From an uncultured Desulfospira sp. (GTDB taxonomy: Bacteria > Desulfobacterota > Desulfobacteria > Desulfobacterales > Desulfobacteraceae), in NCBI GenBank assembly GCA_963663165.1, contig OY760175.1, positions 5,184,001 to 5,248,000 on the forward strand: a stretch of DNA of 64,000 bases, given 5' to 3'. The translations under genes and the position numbers were made by a program. Below, piece after piece: positions 9,562 through 19,085 of the stretch. The notes under the pieces were generated by a model that was not told the DNA's origin, searched no databases, and saw nothing but the letters and a program-made list of their open reading frames with translations. Positions within the stretch are counted from its first letter, which is position 1. Each line of letters starts with the position of its first letter.

Positions 9562-12101
9562 AAAAGGCCTGGCCCATATCCCAGATTCTGTTGCTCAGCT
9601 CCATTTTGATCGCCATCGGCGCTGTGCTGACAACCCTTTGCTGGACCAATGTGACCCTTCGGTCCGTGGGCCGAAACCTTCCCAACACCTTGATCAAAGA
9701 GCTGATCTCCCTTGACAAGGTTCTGGAGCATCTGTCAGAGGTGGTCTTTCAGGCAGAACTGCATGCGAAAGATCCGGTACATTCAAATTTTAACCTTCTC
9801 AAAGAAAAGGTTCAGGACGCCTATGAAGCCGTCAACGGGCTTCGCCGAACCTATGTGTTTGATAATCTGGTCCAGGCGTCAAAATTTCATACCGTTGTGG
9901 CACCGGCCATTTCAGACTTGCAGATCTGGCTGGCCGAGGGGATTTCCGGGTACCCTCCCCAATCGGAGATCACGGCGCAAATCATTCTGTCCAGGATAGC
10001 GACGGCCTATGAAAAGGCCCAGGACCTGACCGCAAAATCCCGTCTCAATGCCCAGAAAAGGCTCAGGGATGAAACCGCCCGGCTCGGTCATTTCCAGTAC
10101 AGTGTAAACTGGCTGTTTATGGTGACCCTGGCCATTATTCTGATTATTATAGCCCTTTTTATTCATCAGCATAACCTGAAAACCAGGGAGATCAAAATTC
10201 AGACAGCCCTTGCCGGCCAGAGGGATTTATTAAATTCCCTGTTTGAAAATATTCTTTTGGGGATAACCGTGTGGGACAACAATGGTCAGCTTTTATTTAC
10301 CAATGGATATTTCACAAAGCTGACCGGGTATACGGATCTGGATATAACAAATGTGAAAGAGTTTTTTGACAAGGCCTTTCCTGACCCGGCCTACAGGGAA
10401 AAAGTGCGTGGGGTCTGGAAGGAATCTGTCAAAGAAGGCTTGGCGGTTCGGGAATACCAGATTGTGTGCAAAAGTGGGGAGAAAAAAGATATTGAATTCA
10501 GGGGAACCCTCATGCCCGACAAGCGGGCCCTGGTTTCCATGGCCGATACAACTGCGGCCAACAAAGCCCGGGCTGTCCGCAGGGAAAACCAGCTGCGCAT
10601 GAAGGCTATTCTTGAGGCCATTCCAGATCCCATGGTCATGTACAGCAGAACAGGCCATCCCGAGTATGTGAACCCGTCGTTTACCCGGGTGTTCGGCTGG
10701 ACTTTGGATGAGTTCAGAAGTGGACGGGTGTCCTTTGTGCCGGAAAAAGAACAGGAACTGACCGAAAAAAAAGTAAAGGAAGTGTATGCCACCGGCGGTC
10801 CGGTCCGGTTTGAGACCAAGCGGTATACCAAAACCGGGCAGCTCCTGGATATTTTCATGGGAGCGGCAGCCGCCACCGGGGCTGACGGCCAGCCCGGGGG
10901 GCTGGTGATTAACCTGACCGATGTTACGGAAAAAAATATCCTGGAAGCCCAATATGAGCAGGCCCAGAAAATGGAGTCCTTAGGAACCCTGGCCGGCGGG
11001 ATTGCCCATGATTTTAACAACCTGCTTTCAGGGATATACGGGTACATGGATCTGGCCCGGTTGAAAACCAAGGAACCGAAAATCCGGGAATACCTGGAAA
11101 AGGCCCATGCCTCTTCGGAACGGGCCAAGGGGCTGACCTATCAACTGCTAACCTTTTCCAAGGGCGGGGCACCGGTCAAAAAAGTGGGCCCCCTGGTTCC
11201 GTTTTTGAAAGAAACGGTACAGTTTGCCTTAAGCGGTGCCAATGTGGCGTGCGGCTTTGATCTGCCTGAGGACCTGTGGATGTGTGACTATGACAAAAAT
11301 CAGATGGGACAGGTCATTGATAATTTAACCATCAACGCCCACCATGCCATGCCCCCAGGGGGCAGCATCACGGTAAAGGCTGAAAATATACAGATCGGCC
11401 GGCGGGACCATCACGGGTTGGAACCGGGCAAGTATGTCAAAATTTCCATCGCCGATACCGGCATGGGCATCCCGGTCAAATACCTGTCCAAAATTTTTGA
11501 TCCGTTTTTTACAACCAAACAAAAGGGTTCCGGATTAGGGCTTGCCACTTCCTATTCCATTGTCAAGCGGCACGGCGGGAAGATAGATGTCCAGTCCAAG
11601 CTCGGCTCGGGAAGCGTGTTTACCATTTTTCTGCCCGGCCTTGAGGTTTCTGGCGAGCAGAAGGTTGAAAAAGCCAATGCTGTTTTCCAGGGCAGCGGGC
11701 GGATACTGATCATGGACGACGAAAAAATGATCCGGGAAATGCTGTCCGGTATGCTGGAATACATGGGATTTGAGGTGGAAAGCGTTGAAGAGGGCGGTCA
11801 GGTTCTCACGGCATGGGAAAGGTCCCTGGAACAGGAAAACCCTTTCAGGGCCGTTATCCTTGATCTGACCGTTCCCGGCGGAATGGGGGGAAAGGATGCG
11901 GTGCGTCAGATCCGCAAAAAGGATCAGCATCTGCCCGTGTTTGTGGCCAGCGGTTATTCAGAGGACCAGGTCATGGCCTCTCCCGGGACCTTCGGCTTTA
12001 CGGCCAGCATTGAAAAGCCTTTCACGGTTCTCACGCTGTCCCAGTTGTTTAAGCAGTATCTGCCGGCCCGGAATGTCTGTATAGACAAGGAATCTAATTG
12101 A
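9558..12101 (+). CDS. Hybrid sensor histidine kinase (2 TM, 2 PAS, HisKA, HATPase, REC)
   Basis: LAGGIAHDFNNLL H-box, DTGMGIP, FDPFFTTK, GSGLGL and C-terminal receiver ILIMDDE...DLTVPGG...KPF. Confidence 0.92.
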   Translation: MKKAWPISQILLLSSILIAIGAVLTTLCWTNVTLRSVGRNLPNTLIKELISLDKVLEHLSEVVFQAELHAKDPVHSNFNLLKEKVQDAYEAVNGLRRTYVFDNLVQASKFHTVVAPAISDLQIWLAEGISGYPPQSEITAQIILSRIATAYEKAQDLTAKSRLNAQKRLRDETARLGHFQYSVNWLFMVTLAIILIIIALFIHQHNLKTREIKIQTALAGQRDLLNSLFENILLGITVWDNNGQLLFTNGYFTKLTGYTDLDITNVKEFFDKAFPDPAYREKVRGVWKESVKEGLAVREYQIVCKSGEKKDIEFRGTLMPDKRALVSMADTTAANKARAVRRENQLRMKAILEAIPDPMVMYSRTGHPEYVNPSFTRVFGWTLDEFRSGRVSFVPEKEQELTEKKVKEVYATGGPVRFETKRYTKTGQLLDIFMGAAAATGADGQPGGLVINLTDVTEKNILEAQYEQAQKMESLGTLAGGIAHDFNNLLSGIYGYMDLARLKTKEPKIREYLEKAHASSERAKGLTYQLLTFSKGGAPVKKVGPLVPFLKETVQFALSGANVACGFDLPEDLWMCDYDKNQMGQVIDNLTINAHHAMPPGGSITVKAENIQIGRRDHHGLEPGKYVKISIADTGMGIPVKYLSKIFDPFFTTKQKGSGLGLATSYSIVKRHGGKIDVQSKLGSGSVFTIFLPGLEVSGEQKVEKANAVFQGSGRILIMDDEKMIREMLSGMLEYMGFEVESVEEGGQVLTAWERSLEQENPFRAVILDLTVPGGMGGKDAVRQIRKKDQHLPVFVASGYSEDQVMASPGTFGFTASIEKPFTVLTLSQLFKQYLPARNVCIDKESN

Positions 12102-13326
12102 TATTCAGCCTGTACAGGGGATCTCCTACCAGCACCATTTTCCAGGACAAATAGGGAATGCTCAGCATATAGCTTTCCGCCAGGGTCAGGTATCCTTCGG
12201 AAAGCATGCCAAAAAAAAGAACCGGAACCGGAAATGACTGGACATAAGGTTCCCCCACCGGTCCCACGGTTGCGGCAATCCCTTTGTCCAGCATTTTTTT
12301 GCACCAGACATGGCTGTCTTTATTTTTCAGGGTGGTGCATTCACTGGACGCAATGTGAAATCCCACCGAGCCTTTGGCCCAGGTAAAGGCGTCCACATAA
12401 TTTGCCAGTTTGTACCAGCCGCAGTATATGGCGGCATCCGGGCAGTCCCCGGGCCCGAACAGTTCCTGGGTCTGCTCTAAGACAACCGGCATGATGTTTT
12501 TGGTGTTAAAGTGGTTGGCTGAGAGGTGGATGGATTTGTCATAAAACGCATATCCGGACAGTTTCTTATTTCCCGGGTCCTTCCATCGGGCATCAAAGTA
12601 GGCCTTCCCTTTTAACCCCTGCTTTTCAGCCTCAAGGCTATCGTTGATAATCCGTTTGACCACTTGGCCGGATGCCCCGTCCAGACGGCTGGTCATGATG
12701 ACCTCGGATTTGTCAATGGCCAGTTTCTGGTTTTTAAAGCCCGGGTAAAAGGGGTTAGGCTGCCACATTTTGAGCTCGTAATTGTCTTTTTTAACCAGGC
12801 AGAGTTCCGAGTCAAAGGAGGAGACCCGGTCAAGGCTTCGTTTAAACTGTGTATAGGCTCTGTCCGCCTTGTCGCGTTCTTTTTTAAGCACTGCCAGGGC
12901 CGTCTCGTCAAGGGTTTTGCCCTGGTCGATTTTGCTTTGAATGCTCTCTTTTTGTGCTTTGAGCGCGGCCAGCCTTTCCTCCTCGCCGGCGGTATTTTTA
13001 GGCGCGGAGATTCTTAAGGGAACCCCGAACATGATCACGGCCGCCCTGATTTTGGGGTTGGCGGAAAGGGCCCGGCGAATTTTGGGAACCGCCTTTTTTT
13101 CATAATCTTCCCGGGAACAGGTTTCTTTGTCCGTCATCCAGAGCTGGACCAGATTTTCTTTGGGAATGTTTCTTTTTTCCATATAATACGAGGCAAGCCC
13201 CGTGCTGCTGGCCGCATTTTTATTGGCAATCACCATGACTTCATCCGGCGAAAGCGCCATGGCCGCATTATTGAAGAAGAAGGCCGTTGAAAAACAGACC
13301 ACGGCAAGGTAAACAAAATTTCTCAT
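12094..13326 (-). CDS. TIGR03790-like protein (exosortase-associated family)
   Basis: Signal peptide; LSPDEVMVIAN, YYxxKRNIP, SRLDG, YCGWY, GPVGEPY and SWKMVLVGDPLY motifs. Start at ATG 13326. Confidence 0.75.
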   Translation of the reverse strand: MRNFVYLAVVCFSTAFFFNNAAMALSPDEVMVIANKNAASSTGLASYYMEKRNIPKENLVQLWMTDKETCSREDYEKKAVPKIRRALSANPKIRAAVIMFGVPLRISAPKNTAGEEERLAALKAQKESIQSKIDQGKTLDETALAVLKKERDKADRAYTQFKRSLDRVSSFDSELCLVKKDNYELKMWQPNPFYPGFKNQKLAIDKSEVIMTSRLDGASGQVVKRIINDSLEAEKQGLKGKAYFDARWKDPGNKKLSGYAFYDKSIHLSANHFNTKNIMPVVLEQTQELFGPGDCPDAAIYCGWYKLANYVDAFTWAKGSVGFHIASSECTTLKNKDSHVWCKKMLDKGIAATVGPVGEPYVQSFPVPVLFFGMLSEGYLTLAESYMLSIPYLSWKMVLVGDPLYRLNIN

Positions 13327-13330
13327 GGGC

Positions 13331-14098
13331 TCACAGCTCCTTTGAGATGATCCGCAGCCCATCCAGGGTCAGGTCCTGGTCCACCAGTTCAATAGACTGT
13401 GAGACATCTGCGATAAGGGGGGCCAGCCCCCCGGTTGCAATGACTTTGGGCGATATGCCCATTTCTGTTGCCATCCGGGCCACCATGCCGTCCACCATGG
13501 CGGCGCATCCGTAAATAATGCCCGACTGCATACTCTCAATGGTGTCTTTGCCGATGACCTTTTCAGGGGCCTTGAAGATTTCCACCCGGGGCAGCCGGGA
13601 TGCCCTTTGAAAGAGGGCTTCAGCCGAGATCATGATGCCCGGGACAATGGCCCCGCCAAGGTATTCGCCTTTAGGGGAAATCACGTCAAAGGTGGTGGCG
13701 GTTCCAAAATCAATAATGATCATGCCGGTTTGATACCGGGCAAAGGCCCCCACGGCATTGACAATCCGGTCAGCCCCCACCTCATTGGGGTTGCTGTACA
13801 GGATGGGCATGATTTTTTTAACGGATGCCGAACTGATCCACTCAGGGGCCAGGTTCAGGTACTTTTTGCTGAACCCGTCAAGTATCCTCACCGAAGAGGG
13901 AACAACCGACGAGACCACCACCCGGGTGATGCTGCTCAGGTTGATGTTTTTATCTGAAAACAAGGCCTTTGCCAGAATATTAAATTCATCGGCGGTATTG
14001 TCCCGGACCGTCCGGATCCGCCAGCTTTCTTTTAAGACATTATCTTCATAAACACCAATAACGGTATTGGTGTTGCCCACATCAATTACCAGAAGCAT
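13331..14098 (-). CDS. coaX: Type III pantothenate kinase
   Basis: IDVGNTN, EVGADR, IDFGTATT, YLGGAIVPG, IATGG. Confidence 0.95.
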   Translation of the reverse strand: MLLVIDVGNTNTVIGVYEDNVLKESWRIRTVRDNTADEFNILAKALFSDKNINLSSITRVVVSSVVPSSVRILDGFSKKYLNLAPEWISSASVKKIMPILYSNPNEVGADRIVNAVGAFARYQTGMIIIDFGTATTFDVISPKGEYLGGAIVPGIMISAEALFQRASRLPRVEIFKAPEKVIGKDTIESMQSGIIYGCAAMVDGMVARMATEMGISPKVIATGGLAPLIADVSQSIELVDQDLTLDGLRIISKEL

Positions 14099-14109
14099 GG
14101 CAGGTCTCC

Positions 14110-15045
14110 TTAATGGATTTTAACGGTAAAGACTTTGGGGTCCGCTCCGGTCATGATGAGGCCGGCCGGCACGTTCACATGAACATGCCGGGCATAAATG
14201 CCGGGTTTCATGCCGGCAAGATCAACAAACGCAAACACCTGGTCTGTAATTTTTTGGTTTCCCATGGCCTCAAAAGGCCCTTTTATGGTGATATGTATGG
14301 TCTTGGGTTCAATATGGACTTTGGTTTTGGCCCCGGCATTCCATATTCTGATAGGAATATCCTTAAACGACCGGGTCACCTGTTTCTCCTGAATGGGAAC
14401 CGTGACCACAATAATATCCTGTGAAGCAGAATACAGCTTATGGTCCTCCAGGTCCAGTGGCAGCTTTTTTTTAAAGGTTTCCTGGGCATTGTTCAGATCA
14501 ATGGGTTTGGTTTTTAAGGTATCAATGGCACTAATTAAGGATATCGGGCCTTCCAGGGTGACACCGGAGGGTTCACAGGCCGCCTCAAGGGCGATGTGCC
14601 CCTTGGCGGGTGTCCCGGTATAGGGAACCGTTACCTTAAAGGTTTTGATCAGGTTTTTTTCAAGGTGGACGCTCAGATAGGAAGGGTTGATATCCACTAT
14701 TTTGACGGCCTGATGCACGGGAATTCTGTTCTTGTCAACGGGCAGCAGATAGTCCCCCGGCCGGATGGAATCCGATGCCCCGGCCGGGTCAAATTCCAGG
14801 TCGGTGTACAGATCCGCCGGATACCGGATATTTTTTTTGTTGATCATTTCAATGTGGCGGGGGGAGGCCTGGATCCGGATTTCAATCTTGTCGGTGCTGT
14901 AAGAGGTCAGGACCATGTCCGACGGGACATTGGAAAAGTCCACCGGAAGCAGAAGGTCTGTTTCCACCGGCTCTGGGGTGCAGGCGCTGAAAAGAAAAAG
15001 GAGCAGGAGCAGTATGGCCGCCCCTGCACTCCTTAGATCAGGCAT
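14110..15045 (-). CDS. CdaR/YbbR-family protein
   Basis: N-terminal anchor/lipobox (LFSAC) and three YbbR-like repeats (e.g. VPYTGTPAKG...VTLEGP, FVDLAGMKPG). Start uncertain (15045 or 15096). Confidence 0.8.
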   Translation of the reverse strand: MPDLRSAGAAILLLLLFLFSACTPEPVETDLLLPVDFSNVPSDMVLTSYSTDKIEIRIQASPRHIEMINKKNIRYPADLYTDLEFDPAGASDSIRPGDYLLPVDKNRIPVHQAVKIVDINPSYLSVHLEKNLIKTFKVTVPYTGTPAKGHIALEAACEPSGVTLEGPISLISAIDTLKTKPIDLNNAQETFKKKLPLDLEDHKLYSASQDIIVVTVPIQEKQVTRSFKDIPIRIWNAGAKTKVHIEPKTIHITIKGPFEAMGNQKITDQVFAFVDLAGMKPGIYARHVHVNVPAGLIMTGADPKVFTVKIH

Positions 15046-15904
15046 TCCTGACAGCGTCAATGATTTTGGTAAATGAAACCGCACGCTCGACATCATGAAC
15101 CCTCACAATATGGGCCCCGTTGGCAATGGATACGGCCAGTGTGGCCAGGGTCCCGATCCCGGTGTCTTCATGGTCCGGCCCCACAGGGGATTGTTGCCCC
15201 CGGCCCAGAATTTTCTGGATAAAGGACTTTCGCGACGTCCCCATGAGCACGGGAAATCCCAGGTCTGCGATTTTTTTAAGCTGTTTGATGATCACCAGGT
15301 TATGGGTAACGGTTTTGCCGAATCCAATGCCCGGGTCCAGGATAATCAACTCTTTGGGGACCCCTTTGGAAATGGCAAACTCAACCCGCTGTTGAAGATA
15401 GGTGGTGATTTCCGCCATCAGGTCGTCATAATCCGGATTGACCTGCATGGTTTCCGGGGTCCCTTTCATGTGCATGAGGACCACAGGGGCTTTTTTTTCG
15501 GCTGCCAGATCGGCCATGGCCGGATCTTTCTCAAAAGCTGAAATATCGTTGATAATGGCAGCACCTGCATCTAAGGCGGCCCGGGCCACGCCTGATTTGA
15601 CCGTATCAATGGAAATGGGCGCATCAATTCGGGGGGCCAGGGCTTCGATGACCGGAAGGACCCGGTCCATCTCCTCCTGTTCGGAGACCGGTGCGGAAAA
15701 GGGACGGGTGGATTCACCGCCGATATCCAGGATATGGGCCCCGGCGTTGACCAGGCTGATCCCCTGTTGGACAGCCGCTGCCAAGGTGTTGTATTTCCCG
15801 CCGTCGGAAAAGGAATCCGGGGTAACGTTTAATATCCCCATAATGCAGGTTTCAGGGCCGAGTTCAAGATTAAAGCGATCAAAATTTAGGGTAAATTTCT
15901 GCAT
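15038..15904 (-). CDS. folP: Dihydropteroate synthase
   Basis: MGILNVTPDSFSDGG, DIGGESTRP, DPGIGFGK, SRKSF, RVHDV. Start at ATG 15904. Confidence 0.97.
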   Translation of the reverse strand: MQKFTLNFDRFNLELGPETCIMGILNVTPDSFSDGGKYNTLAAAVQQGISLVNAGAHILDIGGESTRPFSAPVSEQEEMDRVLPVIEALAPRIDAPISIDTVKSGVARAALDAGAAIINDISAFEKDPAMADLAAEKKAPVVLMHMKGTPETMQVNPDYDDLMAEITTYLQQRVEFAISKGVPKELIILDPGIGFGKTVTHNLVIIKQLKKIADLGFPVLMGTSRKSFIQKILGRGQQSPVGPDHEDTGIGTLATLAVSIANGAHIVRVHDVERAVSFTKIIDAVRNA

Positions 15905-15933
15905 ATCGAAAATAAAAATATCTGAAGTTGAAA

Positions 15934-15963
15934 AACAGGGGGTGAATAATGACACCCCCTGTT
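15934..15963 (-). terminator. Hairpin downstream of ftsH
   Basis: AACAGGGGGTG...CACCCCCTGTT stem with a T-run on the minus strand. Confidence 0.6.
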
Positions 15964-15971
15964 AGAGGGTG

Positions 15972-17960
15972 TTATTTGTCTTTGTCCTGGTCACTGCCGG
16001 AATCAGAAAGGTCTTCCGGGTTTGGGTCTTTGGCCGGCGGGTCCGGGACCGCCAGGTCCGGATTACTTTCTTTGGCCGTGGTTTCATCGGGTTCAACCGC
16101 CGGTTCGTCCTGAACCGGATCATCATCCACAGGTCTTTCATTTTTCCGGCCAAAAAAATCAAAATCCGGCCTCATCCGGGCAATCAAATCATCAAGTTCA
16201 GGCCCCATAATGGTTTCTTTTTCCATGAGCAGCTCGGTCAGGGCATGAAGAATATCAATGTTTTCTTCCAGAATTTTTCTGGCGTTCTGATAGGCCCGGT
16301 CAATGATCCGGGTGACTTCGGCGTCGATTTTCTGGGCCGTGGCCTCGGAATAAGCTTTGGCCTGGGTCATTTCCCTGCCGATAAAAATATTGTCATTGCT
16401 TTCTTCATAGGACAGGGGGGCTAAGTTATCACTCATGCCAAATGTTTTAACCATCCGGTTGGCAAGCTTGGTGGCCTGCTTGATATCGTTGGCCGCACCC
16501 GTGGAAATCCGTTTGAAGATGATTTCTTCCGCCACCCGGCCGCCAAAGGCAATGGACAGCTCGTTTTCAAGTTGATCCTTGTATTTGAAGTCCCCTTCTT
16601 CGGGCAGAAACCAGGTCACGCCGGCAGCCCGGCCCCTGGGGATGATGGTGATCTTGTTCACGGCATCGGTGTTGGGCAGAAACCGTGCCACCAGGGCATG
16701 GCCGCCTTCGTGGTAGGCCGTGGTCTTTTTTTCTTCTTCTTTGATGACCTTGGACTTTCGTTCCAGGCCCATGTAGACCTTATCCTTTGCGTCTTCAAAA
16801 TCTCTCATGGTCAGTTTTTCATGGTTTCTCTTGGCGGCCAGCAGGGCCGCCTCATTGACCAGGTTTTCCAGATCCGCCCCTGAGAATCCAGGGGTTCCCT
16901 TGGCCAGGATAGTGGGATCCACATCCTTGCCCAGGGGGGTCTTTTTCATGTGGACCCTGAGGATGCCTTCCCGGCCCCGGATATCGGGCATGTCCACCAC
17001 GACCTGCCGGTCAAACCGGCCGGGTCTGAGCAGGGCCGGGTCCAGAACATCGGGCCGGTTGGTGGCGGCCATAAGGATAACCCCTTCATTGGCTTCAAAT
17101 CCGTCCATTTCCACCAGAAGCTGGTTTAAGGTCTGTTCCCGCTCGTCGTGTCCGCCGCCAAGACCGGCGCCTCTCTGCCGGCCCACGGCGTCAATTTCAT
17201 CAATAAATATAATACAGGGGGCGTTTTTCTTGCCCTGGGCAAACAGATCCCGTACCCTGGATGCGCCCACGCCCACGAACATTTCCACAAAGTCGGAGCC
17301 GGAAATGGTAAAAAACGGCACCCCGGCTTCTCCGGCCACGGCCCGGGACAGAAGGGTCTTTCCGGTCCCCGGATTTCCCACCAGCAGAACCCCCTTGGGG
17401 ATACGGCCGCCAAGACGGGTATATTTTGCCGGATTCTTTAAGAAATCTACCACTTCGGTCAGTTCTTCTTTGGCCTCATCAATGCCTTCAACATTGGCAA
17501 AGGTGACCTTGTCCCCCTTGTCGTCGATGAGCCTTGCCCGGCTTTTGCCAAAGGACAAAGCCTTGCCGCCCCCGCCCCCGCCCTGCATCTGGCGCATAAA
17601 AAAGATCCAGACACCGATGAGAACGATCATGGGCAGCCAGGACACCACAATGGACATGAGCCACGAGGATTCAGCCGGGGGCTTTGCTTTGATGACCACC
17701 CCGTTGTTTCTAAGGATGTGGATCAGTTCGCCGTCGTTGGGAGAAAAACTTTTAAACCTGGAGCCCGAGGAATCCGTAATGTAAAGATCCTGGCCCTGGA
17801 TGACCACACTTTGAATCCGTCCGCTTTCCACCATGGACAAAAATTCCGAGTAGCTCACATCCATCTGGCCACCCTGCTGGTGGTTGAAAATATTGTACAG
17901 CATGACCATCATGAGAACAACCACCAGCCACAGGGAGATATTTTTATAGAATTGATTCAA
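15972..17960 (-). CDS. ftsH: ATP-dependent zinc metalloprotease FtsH
   Basis: Two TM helices, [34 protein letters not shown] zinc motif. Likely TTG start at 17960 after an AAGGA RBS. Confidence 0.98.
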   Translation of the reverse strand: MNQFYKNISLWLVVVLMMVMLYNIFNHQQGGQMDVSYSEFLSMVESGRIQSVVIQGQDLYITDSSGSRFKSFSPNDGELIHILRNNGVVIKAKPPAESSWLMSIVVSWLPMIVLIGVWIFFMRQMQGGGGGGKALSFGKSRARLIDDKGDKVTFANVEGIDEAKEELTEVVDFLKNPAKYTRLGGRIPKGVLLVGNPGTGKTLLSRAVAGEAGVPFFTISGSDFVEMFVGVGASRVRDLFAQGKKNAPCIIFIDEIDAVGRQRGAGLGGGHDEREQTLNQLLVEMDGFEANEGVILMAATNRPDVLDPALLRPGRFDRQVVVDMPDIRGREGILRVHMKKTPLGKDVDPTILAKGTPGFSGADLENLVNEAALLAAKRNHEKLTMRDFEDAKDKVYMGLERKSKVIKEEEKKTTAYHEGGHALVARFLPNTDAVNKITIIPRGRAAGVTWFLPEEGDFKYKDQLENELSIAFGGRVAEEIIFKRISTGAANDIKQATKLANRMVKTFGMSDNLAPLSYEESNDNIFIGREMTQAKAYSEATAQKIDAEVTRIIDRAYQNARKILEENIDILHALTELLMEKETIMGPELDDLIARMRPDFDFFGRKNERPVDDDPVQDEPAVEPDETTAKESNPDLAVPDPPAKDPNPEDLSDSGSDQDKDK

Positions 17961-18182
17961 TGTATTTCCTTTCAAAAATCATAAAAATGAGGTCCGTAAA
18001 GCTTCCTAATATATAAACATGATCCACGAATATACAACCCAAAAGTTGCAGCAACAGGCATATGCCGGGTTTTTTTCCCGGTATCTTTCCCGGACAGCTT
18101 TGTGCCTGCCCCCCCAATTCATTATAAAATATGGTAAAAAGCTGATCGATGGCGGTGTTGTAGTTATTTTTTCTATGCCCCC

Positions 18183-18220
18183 TTGACAAACTCAAGGTAC
18201 GAAGGTACGATCTTCGTACC
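18183..18220 (+). promoter_or_regulatory. Sigma-70 promoter with overlapping palindromic operator
   Basis: TTGACA(18183)-N17-TACGAT(18206); inverted repeat GGTACGAAG-N7-CTTCGTACC at 18196-18220 straddles the -10. Confidence 0.75.
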
Positions 18221-18254
18221 CAAATAAAGAAAATTTAAATATCAAGGAAAAAAA

Positions 18255-19016
18255 ATGGCAAAATCCAGACAGATTCAAAGCTTTTTTAAACCCGTCTCTG
18301 CTAAGCGGAATTCCGAATACATTGCTTCTCAGATTGAGGAATCGATTATTGCGAAGGTGTATGAACCCAATGACAGGCTTCCTTCCGAAAGAGAATTGGC
18401 AACACAGTTTAATGTCGGCAGGGGGGCGGTCAGGGAAGCGTTGCGGATGTTGGATGCATCCGGGTTCGTAGAAGTCCGGCACGGCGGTGACGGAGGGATC
18501 TATGTAAAAGAGCTGGATTCGACAAGAATGATGAAGACCATGCTGGATCTGGTAAGAATCGGAAATATCAGCACCCGGGAAATAACACAAGTAAGGATTG
18601 TTATAGAAAAAAGCATTATTGAATCATGTTTCAGTTCATTAAGGGAAAAAGAAATCCTTGAACTGGAAAAAAATATTGAGAGATGTGAGACCTTGATAAA
18701 GGAAGGAAAGCCGATATTCGGAGAAGTTCAGAACTTTCATGTTCTCTTGTCCTCATTTTGTGACAATCGTCTGCTACGCTATATTCTGGTGTCTCTGGTG
18801 GATATCAGCGACAGCTATATCGAAAGCATAAAAAAAAAGGTGCCCGGGTCTCCGAGCCCATCGGATCACATCGCCCAGCACAAGGCGATTTTATCGGCAA
18901 TCAAGAAAAAAGATTTAGAGGATACCAAGCGGCTTTTAATCGGGCATCTTACTTCTATCAGTGAAGCCATCAAGGAGCTGCTAAAAGCAAATTACGGCAA
19001 TGATTTAGACGAATAA
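18255..19016 (+). CDS. GntR/FadR-family transcriptional regulator
   Basis: RLPSERELA...VREALR wHTH; C-terminal FCD domain (NFH, QHKAILSAI). Confidence 0.92.
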   Translation: MAKSRQIQSFFKPVSAKRNSEYIASQIEESIIAKVYEPNDRLPSERELATQFNVGRGAVREALRMLDASGFVEVRHGGDGGIYVKELDSTRMMKTMLDLVRIGNISTREITQVRIVIEKSIIESCFSSLREKEILELEKNIERCETLIKEGKPIFGEVQNFHVLLSSFCDNRLLRYILVSLVDISDSYIESIKKKVPGSPSPSDHIAQHKAILSAIKKKDLEDTKRLLIGHLTSISEAIKELLKANYGNDLDE

Positions 19017-19085
19017 TCCGGATGTCTGTGAATCATCCCGTGTCTTTGATTGACTGTTTCCCGGTGATTCACGCCATATTTAGAG

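Noticed and set aside
10293..11128. 219-aa and 245-aa minus-strand ORFs
   Set aside because: They lie wholly antisense to the hybrid kinase.
16807..17784. 325-aa plus-strand ORF
   Set aside because: Antisense shadow of ftsH with no recognisable motifs.
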